Assembly: GCA_017458805.1 (NCBI GenBank)
Contig: JAFTAC010000355.1
Coordinates: 1-32,285, forward strand
Source of the DNA: Victivallales bacterium
GTDB taxonomy: Bacteria > Verrucomicrobiota > Lentisphaeria > Oligosphaerales > Oligosphaeraceae
Direction of reading: 5' to 3'
DNA: 32,285 nt
Position 1 is the first letter of the stretch. The number at the start of each line of letters is the position of its first letter. The notes under the pieces are model-generated. The model saw only the letters and a list, made by a program, of their open reading frames with translations. It made no database searches and had not been told where the DNA came from. Below are positions 24,708-32,285 of this stretch, piece by piece. The translations under genes and the position numbers were made by a program.

Positions 24708-24801
24708 GAAATCACGTTTTTTGGAGTTTTTAGACGCGAAAAATCACGTTTTTCGGAGTTTTTAGACGCGAAAAATCACGTTTTTCGGAGTTTTTAGACG
24801 C
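24708..24801. repeat. 32-bp direct repeat x3 upstream of the ATPase gene
   Basis: Copies 24738-24769 and 24770-24801 are identical (gaaaaatcacgtttttcggagtttttagacgc). Copy 24708-24737 is 30 nt, two A shorter with one further substitution. The array lies 68-161 nt upstream of ATG 24640. Confidence 0.92.
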
Positions 24802-24847
24802 AAATTGAACAGTAATTGGAATTGTTCATTGTCGCGACTTAATTATT

Positions 24848-24864
24848 CAGGCGCAGAGCGCCTG
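24848..24864 (-). terminator. possible terminator hairpin after the 844-aa gene
   Basis: The hairpin caggcgc-aga-gcgcctg (7-bp stem) lies 30 nt downstream of the stop. On the - strand it is followed by AAUAAUUAAGU, which is a weak U tract. Confidence 0.3.
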
Positions 24865-24894
24865 GGTGCATTTCGCCAGAGCCATAGGCACTGG

Positions 24895-27429
24895 CTACAG
24901 CTCCATCAGGAATGGATTGAGGCTGATCATGTTGACACCGAGGGCCTCGCCTGTGAGGGCTTTGGCGTTGCTGAGGGTGAGGGTTGCCTCGGAGGCGTTG
25001 GCGATGAAGACGATGTGGTGCAGGTTGATGGGGGCGAAGCTGGCCTGGGGCTTCGAGCCGTCGCGCCTGTTGTTGACGTAGTGCCACGTGAGGTCGGGGC
25101 GGATGGTCACGCCGTCGATGGTTGCCTCGATGCCTAGGGCGCGCGATTTGACGGGGTTGACCCCGAGGGCAGCGGTGTCAAATACGGCGAACTGCAGGCA
25201 GTAGGCTTTGCCTGGTACCAACCCCTTGATGACCTGCGAGAGGGTGGTTGTCTCGTCAGCCTTCTTGGTCATAACGGCGTAGGTGTCGCCTGTGCCGTCA
25301 AGGCAGGACCAGCGGGCCTCGCTGGCGTTTGAGAAGCCAAGTGTGGCGGTGGTGGAGACGTTGCCGACGGCTTTCCATCCATCGAGGCTGCCTCGGAAGT
25401 CACCGTTCTGCAAATGGTTCGGGATGTAAGAGTAGCCGTACTGGTCGGAGAGCATGTCGCGCCTGCCTTCAATGCAGTAGTGCCTAAGGAGCAGCATGGA
25501 CCAGCGGTGCAGTTCGTGGTCGCCGTAGTAGCTGCCCCAGTAGCCTGTGCATGCGATGTTCTTGAGTTCGGGATGGTTGGCGATGAGGTTCAACTGCATG
25601 TCCAGGAAGTACTTGTAATCGACCTCGGGGTGATGGATGACGCTGATGAGCGGCACTTGGTTGAAGTTGCCGAGGATGACTCCAAGGTGCTCCTCGATGT
25701 GCGGGAAGTGCTTCTTGTACATCCGCACGGTGTCAATGATGAAGTTCTCCGTATGTTTGCGCGCAGAGGCCTCGTCAGGCATCGTCGGGCTATAGAGTTC
25801 GGAGAGGATTTTGCCGCGACCGCGCGTGACGTTGACGCATGCGGAGATGACATCGTTGTCAAGCCCTGCAGCGGTGGGTTTTCCCACGAACCAGGAGTAG
25901 AGGTCGCGTCCTTCGGGGAAGTTGTATTGGCGCAGTCCTGCAATGAATCGCAGAAGGGCGTCGTGCTGTCCGAAGAACTGCTCGTCGCATGTCACACCGC
26001 AGTACTGTGGGGCGTAAAGCCCCTTGGCACCGTTTAGGACTTCCATAAAACGTTCTGTGCTAACCATGGGTTTTGTTCCAACGGAACCCATCCAGCGCTG
26101 CCCGTTTTTGCGGATGTAGGCCACCTGCTCATCGGTCAGGATACCTCCATTGAAGGTGGTGACGGCGGGATGGAGGTATTTCTTCTGGAACTCCCAGTCG
26201 TAGGGGGGATTCGTAGGCACGAAGCTGTTGTTGCCAGGGCAGTAGTCGAAGACTTCCGCGATGGTGCGGACGATGATTCGCCCGCCTTTTTCGGCACCCT
26301 TGACTGTGATGGTGTGGTGTCCCATGGGAACGAGCCTGAAGGCCTCCAGGCGGGGTGTTTGGGTGTCGATGACGGCATTGTCTGCATCAAGCGAAATGTG
26401 CAGGTTTAGGTTGGCGGAGGCGTTCTCTGCGGCGATGAATAGCCAGCCGTCGCGGACGGTGTCGAAGCGGAAGGACTGCGGTGCGTTTGTCGCCTTGAGG
26501 TCGCTGTTGACGACTTCGGAGACCAGGTTGTTCAGCACCTTATGCCCTTTGTCGGAGACGTTTGGAAACTCCATTATCGTGTAGTGGAAGATTGGATTCA
26601 GCAGGGCTTTGCCTGTTTCCTTGCGGATGACGGCCACCTCCAGTTTGCCGCCCTTTGCGCCCGCTGGAAGCTTGACGGTGTTGACGTTCTTCACAAGATT
26701 CTGGACAACAGGCTGTTCTGCGCCCTCTGCTTTGACGACAAGGCTGTAGTCGTTGTAGTTGTCTGTGGGGAGGCGTCCGAAGAAGTTGAATGAGATGGTG
26801 GGATTGTCGGCTGGGATTCTGTCAAGCAAGGGTTCCCATGGGACGATGCGCAGGGCACGGTCATCGGAGTCCGAAGGTTCCGTGTATTTGAGGGCACCCT
26901 CGCTGATGGCCTCCAGGCGGAGGTCGGCCACACTGAGTTCGCCCGTGAAGTTGACGGTGAAGACGGCGATGAAGTACTTGCCGTCCTTGGCGGGCATGGC
27001 GGTGACCTCCTCCTGGAAGAGCGTCCAGTCGCAGTTGGCGGGGAGTTTTTTGATGCCTGCGTCCTGAAGCCAGCCAACATTGGCGATGATGATGCCAGCC
27101 TTGCCGTACTTCAGGTCTTTGGTGCGGACGCGTGCGGAGATTCGATAGGTCTCGCCCTCCTTCAGGTTTAGCCCGAACTGGCGGATGGTGAAGCTGCGCC
27201 TGGAGGCGGAGTTGTTGGTGTAGGTGATGGCGGGCAGACCTTCTGGCCCTGCGTTGTTGCTTGCCTTGAGGATGCCAGCCGAGTCCGTGCCTGTAATCCA
27301 GCACATCGGTATGGTGCTCTGGTTCAGCTCAAAACGGCCATTCTGCACGATGTTGTCACCAGGCCTGACCTCCGCCAGCGAAAGAAGGGACGCAAACAAC
27401 AACGAGATGGAGAAGAAAAGCTTTTTCAT
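24895..27429 (-). CDS. large secreted protein with CBM-like (galactose-binding-like) N- and C-terminal modules
   Basis: It has a signal peptide (MKKLFFSISLLFASLLSLA). The N-terminus reads NGRFEL...W...GETYRISARV and the C-terminus reads NGDFRGSLDGW...GKAYCLQFAV, both typical of CBM4/9-like modules. The central catalytic region is not identified. Confidence 0.7.
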   Translation of the reverse strand: MKKLFFSISLLFASLLSLAEVRPGDNIVQNGRFELNQSTIPMCWITGTDSAGILKASNNAGPEGLPAITYTNNSASRRSFTIRQFGLNLKEGETYRISARVRTKDLKYGKAGIIIANVGWLQDAGIKKLPANCDWTLFQEEVTAMPAKDGKYFIAVFTVNFTGELSVADLRLEAISEGALKYTEPSDSDDRALRIVPWEPLLDRIPADNPTISFNFFGRLPTDNYNDYSLVVKAEGAEQPVVQNLVKNVNTVKLPAGAKGGKLEVAVIRKETGKALLNPIFHYTIMEFPNVSDKGHKVLNNLVSEVVNSDLKATNAPQSFRFDTVRDGWLFIAAENASANLNLHISLDADNAVIDTQTPRLEAFRLVPMGHHTITVKGAEKGGRIIVRTIAEVFDYCPGNNSFVPTNPPYDWEFQKKYLHPAVTTFNGGILTDEQVAYIRKNGQRWMGSVGTKPMVSTERFMEVLNGAKGLYAPQYCGVTCDEQFFGQHDALLRFIAGLRQYNFPEGRDLYSWFVGKPTAAGLDNDVISACVNVTRGRGKILSELYSPTMPDEASARKHTENFIIDTVRMYKKHFPHIEEHLGVILGNFNQVPLISVIHHPEVDYKYFLDMQLNLIANHPELKNIACTGYWGSYYGDHELHRWSMLLLRHYCIEGRRDMLSDQYGYSYIPNHLQNGDFRGSLDGWKAVGNVSTTATLGFSNASEARWSCLDGTGDTYAVMTKKADETTTLSQVIKGLVPGKAYCLQFAVFDTAALGVNPVKSRALGIEATIDGVTIRPDLTWHYVNNRRDGSKPQASFAPINLHHIVFIANASEATLTLSNAKALTGEALGVNMISLNPFLMEL

Positions 27430-27430
27430 A

Positions 27431-27532
27431 AGTGGGAAGTGGCTAGTGGCTAGTGGTTAGTGGTTAGTGGTTAGTGGTTAGTATGGGGAGAATAGAAAGT
27501 TAGTGGTTTACCACTAACCACTAACCACTAGT
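27431..27532. repeat. heptamer (agtggtt) array plus inverted copies, able to form a perfect 22-bp stem
   Basis: About 7.5 units lie at 27431-27482. Positions 27450-27471 are exactly complementary to 27510-27531. The right arm contains the metallophosphoesterase stop codon (27528-27530). Confidence 0.93.
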
Positions 27533-28382
27533 GTATATTGAGGTGGACATATTCTCGCGGGCAGCAGAGGCGGTGGTGGAGGAAGCCGAAGCCTGATTCG
27601 CCCACGCCAGAGGCGGTGAGGCAGAGGGTGCCGTCGGTGCGTTGCTGCATGCCATGTACAAACTGGCGTCCGTATTGGGAGGAGGTGTAGATGGGGCCGA
27701 TGAGAGGCGGACATAGCTGTCCGCCGTGAGTGTGTCCGCAAAGCACCATATCGCCGATGAAGGTGTCGTCGGTGGCGTCTGCGGCGGCGTCGGGGTTGTG
27801 GCTGAAGGAGATGACAGGGCGCGGGTCATCGTGGAGGAGGGTCCAGTCTGAGGTGCCGAAACGCATGTCATCGACTCCGTAGAAGAGCAGGTTGCCTGCG
27901 TCGTGAAGCTGGTTGCAGAGCAGAGTGTAGCCGACTTGCGCGTATGCATTCGCCCAATACTCTGTCCCCAGCCAGAAGATGGGGGATTCACGGTTGCCGA
28001 GGATGGCCAGCCGTCCGCGTTTAGCCTTTAGGCGTGAGAGCCACTCAAGGGCACCTTCAACGGTGTCCATATAGACGCTTAGGTCGCCGCCGAAGACAAG
28101 CCAGTCGGCGTCCAAGGCGTTGATGCTATCGACGAGCTCCTCATAGAGCCCGTTCATCTTGCCGTTCCAATGCAAATCAGAGAGGAAGACAAGACTGCAT
28201 GGGCTGGCCATCTTTTTTCGTTGCGCCACTGCATCAATGTCGATGCGGTGAAACTGGGGCGAATCCTTGCAGATGTCCATCTTGATGTCGAAACGGGCAT
28301 CAGGGCGGGGCCAGGGCTGCCAGCTGTCGTTGTGGAGCCTGGCTCGGGTGTAATATGTTCTGTACAGCTTGAAGGAGGTCAT
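27528..28382 (-). CDS. metallophosphoesterase (calcineurin-like)
   Basis: Motifs are VFLSDLHWNG, VFGGDL, GNRE and CGHTHGGQ. ATG 28382 has an SD (aaaggagg); the track start 28433 would overlap the upstream gene. Confidence 0.85.
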   Translation of the reverse strand: MTSFKLYRTYYTRARLHNDSWQPWPRPDARFDIKMDICKDSPQFHRIDIDAVAQRKKMASPCSLVFLSDLHWNGKMNGLYEELVDSINALDADWLVFGGDLSVYMDTVEGALEWLSRLKAKRGRLAILGNRESPIFWLGTEYWANAYAQVGYTLLCNQLHDAGNLLFYGVDDMRFGTSDWTLLHDDPRPVISFSHNPDAAADATDDTFIGDMVLCGHTHGGQLCPPLIGPIYTSSQYGRQFVHGMQQRTDGTLCLTASGVGESGFGFLHHRLCCPREYVHLNIH

Positions 28383-28383
28383 G

Positions 28384-28917
28384 TTAGCCTCCTTTCTGAC
28401 CGAATCGGTGCCAGTAGCGGCGTACGCACTCAAAAAGAATCACGGCGCCGCAGTTGCCGACGTTGATGCTGTTCTTCATGCCGATGGCAGGCAGCTTGAC
28501 GAAGCCGTCGCACAGCTTCAGTGCCTCCTCCGAGATGCCCAGCGCTTCGTTTCCCATGACAAACGCGCAGGGGAAGCGCATATCTGCTTCCCAATACATG
28601 GCTGCGCCTTCCACTGTATCGACGCCATAGACGGTGAATCCGCGTTCTTTCATGGCAATGATGGCGTCGGTGGTCTTCTCGAAGTGCTCGCAGGGAACAG
28701 TTTCATCGCATCCACGCGCGGTCTTCTGAAGCTTGATGTGGGGTGGGGTCGCCGTATAGCCGCAGGTGACGATGCCCATGGCACGGGTCGCCTCCGCCGC
28801 ACGGAAGAGGTTGCCGACGTTATAGGCGCTGCGCAGGTTGTCCAGTATCAGCACGACTGGCATCCAGTCAGGCTGTTCAACGGTCTCCCTATCCCCTAGG
28901 CGTAGCGTGAAATCCAT
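28384..28917 (-). CDS. SpoU/TrmH-family RNA 2'-O-methyltransferase
   Basis: Motifs are LDNLRSAYNVGNLFRAAEA and NSINVGNCGAVILFE. ATG 28917 lies 1 nt after the helicase stop; the longer track ORF overlaps the helicase. Confidence 0.85.
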   Translation of the reverse strand: MDFTLRLGDRETVEQPDWMPVVLILDNLRSAYNVGNLFRAAEATRAMGIVTCGYTATPPHIKLQKTARGCDETVPCEHFEKTTDAIIAMKERGFTVYGVDTVEGAAMYWEADMRFPCAFVMGNEALGISEEALKLCDGFVKLPAIGMKNSINVGNCGAVILFECVRRYWHRFGQKGG

Positions 28918-28918
28918 C

Positions 28919-30568
28919 TTATTTCCTGGGGCCGCTGCGGCGGATGCGCGGACCGCTGGGCCGCCTGGAGAAGCCAGAACGCCCGTATGAGGAGTGGTTG
29001 TCGCCATAATCATGGCGATGGCTTCCAGTGGAACGCGCCGTGCCCAGGTTACGCAGGTTGGGGGGCATTTCAAGCATCTCGTCCGTAGGCTGCGTGATGG
29101 GGAGAGGGCGCTCGATGACCTTCTCGATTTCGGGGATGACGAAGCCGCAGTCTTCGTCGGCGAAGCTGATGGCGCGTCCCTTGTGGCCCGCGCGTGCAGT
29201 GCGCCCGACGCGGTGGACGTAATCCTCCGCCTCGTATGGCAGGTCGTAGTTGATGACGTGCGTCACGTCATCGACATGGATGCCGCGGCCCGCCACGTCT
29301 GTGGCGACGATGATTTTAACCTTGCCATCCTTGAAGTCGTCCAGGATGCGGAGGCGTTTCTTCTGGTCAACGTCGCCTGTTAGCATCTCGCATTGGACAC
29401 CGCAGCGCTGGAGCAGGGCGTGCAAGGATTCCACGTCCTTCTTGCGGTTGCGGAATATCAGGACGCGGTGGCAGTCTTCGTGCTTGAAGAGCCATAGCAT
29501 GATGGCCATCTTTTCGTTGGTCGTGGCTGCATAGACGGTCTCGTCGATGCCTTCGGCAAGGATGTGCTCTGGCTCGATTTCCACGACAACGGGATTGGGG
29601 CGCATCCAGCGGGAGGCGAGGGTCATGATTTCGCCCGTGAGGGTGGCACTGAAGAGCATGGTCTGACGCTTTTCCGACGGTGGGAGATAAGCCATGATGC
29701 GCTTGACATCGGGGATGAAGCCCATGTCCAGCATGCGGTCCGCCTCGTCTATGACGGCGATATCGACCTTGCCCAAATCGACGGCATGCTTGTGCAGGTA
29801 GTCAATCAGGCGGCCAGGGGTGGCGACAACCAGATCGACGCCGTGGGAGAGGGCGGAGAGTTGCTTGTCATAGTCCATGCCGCCATAGACGGCGACCGTG
29901 CTGAACTCGGGGCAGTAGGCGCTGATGTTCGCCGCATCGGTGGCGATCTGAATCGCCAGTTCGCGCGTGGGGGCGAGGATGATGGCCATGGGCTGCCATG
30001 GGTCGCGGTCCTCCTTGTTGGTGTTCAGAAAGCGCTGAAGCACCGTGATGAGGAAGGCAGCCGTTTTGCCAGTGCCCGTCTGTGCCTTGCCTGCCAAGTC
30101 TTTGCCTTGCAGGGAGTGCGGGAGTGCCTGCGCCTGAATGGGGGAGCAACGGCGGAAGCCCAGCTCCTCCAGCAAGGCGCGCAGGATTCGGTTGTCCAGC
30201 CCGAACTCCTGGAAGAAGTGCTCGTCATCCGCCTGGCGGACAGGTTCGGGGGGAACCCAGCCTTCCATGGACTTTGATGGCGCGTTGTTGCTGCTGCCTC
30301 TTGCGGGCTTTGGCTTCTTGGGATTAGCTGAGGTTTGCTTCTGGGTGCGCGTATCCTGCTTCTGTTGGGGAGGAACAGACCCTTGGGCTGTGCGACGTGA
30401 CGACGAGGCATCGTCGTTACCCCCTTTGCGTTTTGGGGAGTGGCGTTTCGCTCCCTCGTCTGGAAGATACACGGTGTTTTGCACCTGCGGCTGCTCTTCG
30501 GTGATTTCCTGCGTGCCGCCGAATATGTTCTTGAACCAATTAACTATTGATGAAAAAAAGCCAGACAA
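28919..30568 (-). CDS. DEAD-box ATP-dependent RNA helicase (RhlE-like) with low-complexity N- and C-terminal tails
   Basis: Motifs are AQTGTGKT, VIDEADRMLD, SAT and HRVGRTARAG. The start is TTG 30568 with an SD (aggaga). There is no in-frame ATG upstream, because an in-frame TAG lies at 30583-30581. Confidence 0.88.
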   Translation of the reverse strand: MSGFFSSIVNWFKNIFGGTQEITEEQPQVQNTVYLPDEGAKRHSPKRKGGNDDASSSRRTAQGSVPPQQKQDTRTQKQTSANPKKPKPARGSSNNAPSKSMEGWVPPEPVRQADDEHFFQEFGLDNRILRALLEELGFRRCSPIQAQALPHSLQGKDLAGKAQTGTGKTAAFLITVLQRFLNTNKEDRDPWQPMAIILAPTRELAIQIATDAANISAYCPEFSTVAVYGGMDYDKQLSALSHGVDLVVATPGRLIDYLHKHAVDLGKVDIAVIDEADRMLDMGFIPDVKRIMAYLPPSEKRQTMLFSATLTGEIMTLASRWMRPNPVVVEIEPEHILAEGIDETVYAATTNEKMAIMLWLFKHEDCHRVLIFRNRKKDVESLHALLQRCGVQCEMLTGDVDQKKRLRILDDFKDGKVKIIVATDVAGRGIHVDDVTHVINYDLPYEAEDYVHRVGRTARAGHKGRAISFADEDCGFVIPEIEKVIERPLPITQPTDEMLEMPPNLRNLGTARSTGSHRHDYGDNHSSYGRSGFSRRPSGPRIRRSGPRK

Positions 30569-30589
30569 AATATCATTCTCCTAATTGTG

Positions 30590-30871
30590 TCATTTATGCT
30601 TCGGGAAACGGTAGATGCGTTCCCCTGGGTAGCAGAAGTCGTATGTTTCCCTGGCGGCTCGCTGAAGCGTGTAGGGGTTCTCGTTCTGGAGTTCGCTGTT
30701 CTCCTTTTTGAGTTCGGCTATCTCCTTTTCAAGGGCTTCGTTCTGGAGTTGAAGCTCCCTCAGGAGGGCCTTCTTCTCGTTCATTTCGCGCCTTACAGGC
30801 ATAATCAGCCCCAGCCCGGCTATCGCTATGATAACCATGGCGATGAAGAATATCAAGTCACGCAAGCACAT
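30590..30871 (-). CDS. FtsB/DivIC-type septum formation initiator-like protein
   Basis: It has a single N-terminal TM helix followed by a coiled coil (LLRELQLQNEALEKEIAELKKENSELQNE). The protein is 93 aa. Confidence 0.65.
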   Translation of the reverse strand: MCLRDLIFFIAMVIIAIAGLGLIMPVRREMNEKKALLRELQLQNEALEKEIAELKKENSELQNENPYTLQRAARETYDFCYPGERIYRFPKHK

Positions 30872-30900
30872 AGCCTGTCTTATCCTGTTGTTGTGGTGAG

Positions 30901-32229
30901 CTATTTTAGCAATACCGTCTCCCGTCTCAATTGGTATCTGCCGTTATTGTTCATAACTGCGAAATCCATATTTACTATATTTCCACTTGTCTTTTTTTCC
31001 AGTAGGTTAGCCAATTGTTTTTCATCTTCCATGACAACCCTATTGACTTTGAGGAGCAAATCACCGCGTTTGATGTACTTACGCCACCCGTCGTCCTCGT
31101 CCTTGTAGTCTTCTGGCTTCATGACTTCGCTGATGGCCAGCCCCTTGGTCTCCTCGGGCAGCTCGAGCGCGATGTTGAGCTTGCGCGTCAGTTTCTGGAC
31201 GCGAATGCCGAGGCGGTAGGCTATCCGCTCCTCATTGCTCATGTCGCGAAGGCGAACGATGATTTTGCGGCCATTTGCCAGGTTAAACTCGACTTTGGAC
31301 TTTGCGTCCAGATGCCACAGCTGCTTGCCAAATTCAAGTGGACGACGGACTAGCGTTCCATTGACGGCGGTGACAATATCGCCGTCCTTGAGGCCTGCCT
31401 CTGCAGCTGGCGTCTCCTTTGTAACGAAAATCTTGACGCCCTCATCTGCAAAGGTCGCCTGGGAGATGCCCAGCCTGCCGTTGGAGAAGGTCTCGGGGAG
31501 AAGCCAGTGGGAGACGAATGTTTCTAGACGTTTGGCAGGGATGGCGAAGCCGATGCCTTGTGCATCGCTTCGTATCGCCTGGTTGATGCCGATGACGTTG
31601 CCGTCCAAGTTGATAAGTGGCCCGCCACTGTTGCCTGGATTGATGGCGGCATCGGTCTGAATCATGTCGTTGTAGGGTTCGCCCGTTACACTGAGTTCAC
31701 GGTTGATGGCACTCAGCACGCCGCTGGAGACGCTGTGCTCCAGTCCAAAGGGATTCCCCAGGGTGATGACGCTCTCGCCCAAAAGCAGGTCGTCGGGTGC
31801 GGCGAAGTCCGCAGCCTGCAGTGGGGCGGTTTTGAAATCGCCCGTGAGCTTCACTAGGCATAGGTCGCTCTGGATGTCATAGCCAACGATTTCTGCAGGG
31901 AAGCTCGTGCCGTTGTGAAGCTTGAGCAGCAACTTGTCCGCTGCGCGGGTGACGTGCCAGTTGGTGAGTGCGAGGCCGCTTTCGTCGATGATGACACCGC
32001 TTCCCAGCGGGGTGTATTGGCGCTCAATGCGGGACTTGTACCTCCGCAGCGCAAAGTATTCGTTGAGGCGCACGATGTAGGGATCGTCCACGCGCACGTC
32101 GATTTCCGTGCCGATGCTGACGACCCACGGCATTGCCTTGCGGACCGCCTTTACGGTTGGTGTCATGCGCACGTCTGACTGCGCCAGGAGTGCGAGCGAG
32201 AGGAGAAAGATGGCGAGGAAACGTTTCAT
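30901..32229 (-). CDS. HtrA/DegP-family periplasmic serine protease with PDZ domain(s)
   Basis: It has a signal peptide and the catalytic contexts TNWHV, DLCLVK and GNSGGPLI, with a PDZ-like C-terminal region. Confidence 0.9.
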   Translation of the reverse strand: MKRFLAIFLLSLALLAQSDVRMTPTVKAVRKAMPWVVSIGTEIDVRVDDPYIVRLNEYFALRRYKSRIERQYTPLGSGVIIDESGLALTNWHVTRAADKLLLKLHNGTSFPAEIVGYDIQSDLCLVKLTGDFKTAPLQAADFAAPDDLLLGESVITLGNPFGLEHSVSSGVLSAINRELSVTGEPYNDMIQTDAAINPGNSGGPLINLDGNVIGINQAIRSDAQGIGFAIPAKRLETFVSHWLLPETFSNGRLGISQATFADEGVKIFVTKETPAAEAGLKDGDIVTAVNGTLVRRPLEFGKQLWHLDAKSKVEFNLANGRKIIVRLRDMSNEERIAYRLGIRVQKLTRKLNIALELPEETKGLAISEVMKPEDYKDEDDGWRKYIKRGDLLLKVNRVVMEDEKQLANLLEKKTSGNIVNMDFAVMNNNGRYQLRRETVLLK

Positions 32230-32236
32230 TTTGCTT

Positions 32237-32285
32237 AGTGGTTAGTGGTTAGTGGTTAGTGGTTAGTGGTTAGTGGTTAGTGGTA
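32237..32285. repeat. heptamer (agtggtt) array, 7 units, truncated by the window end
   Basis: This is the same unit as at 27431-27482. It begins 7 nt upstream (in the gene sense) of the HtrA ATG at 32229. Confidence 0.93.

Noticed and set aside
27431-27482. The heptamer GGTTAGT arrays as telomere-like repeats or contig-end artefacts.
   Set aside because: One array is internal to the window and flanked on both sides by normal genes. The unit differs from known TTAGGG-type repeats. The array at the window end abuts a normal gene start.
30551-30583. An out-of-frame ATG (30576) plus a T7 homopolymer (complement of 30553-30559) near the helicase start, suggesting a frameshift or homopolymer error that would give an ATG-initiated helicase.
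   Set aside because: The SD (aggaga) is only 1-2 nt from that ATG, which is too close, but is well spaced (about 9 nt) from the in-frame TTG 30568. A TTG start is therefore the simpler reading. Read-level inspection of the T-run would settle it.

Overview
A 32.3-kb chromosomal segment from a roughly 58-62% GC bacterium. Its gene content has a PVC-superphylum flavour (several Gfo/Idh/MocA, xylose-isomerase-like TIM-barrel and enolase-superfamily enzymes), but taxonomy cannot be fixed from the sequence alone. Positions 1-20277 (+ strand) carry sugar/sugar-acid enzymes, tRNA-Asp, an AAC(3)-family acetyltransferase, lysS, an NAD epimerase, yggS, a DUF721-like protein, an S41 tail-specific protease and pyrC. 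Positions 22168-32229 (- strand) carry a BNR-like protein, an AAA/DUF4143-type ATPase, a large CBM-like secreted protein, a tightly coupled DEAD-box helicase / SpoU-TrmH methyltransferase / metallophosphoesterase unit, an FtsB-like protein and an HtrA protease. I saw no rRNA, CRISPR array, transposase or integrase. The best candidate for an undescribed system is a low-GC, five-gene, translationally coupled cassette at 20281-22145. It holds two diverged ~156-aa paralogues with a PARP/ART-like YHGS...GFYxT signature (DUF3990-like from memory), each followed by small helical partners (DUF3791-like), in a toxin-antitoxin/defence-like layout. The second striking property is the intergenic space. 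It is full of unrelated short tandem repeats (9-mer x13 before lysS, heptamer arrays abutting two secreted-protein start codons, 32-bp x3, 55-bp x2.7). It also holds long hairpins whose arms are themselves built from tandem repeats. All family calls are motif recognition by eye, with no searches run.
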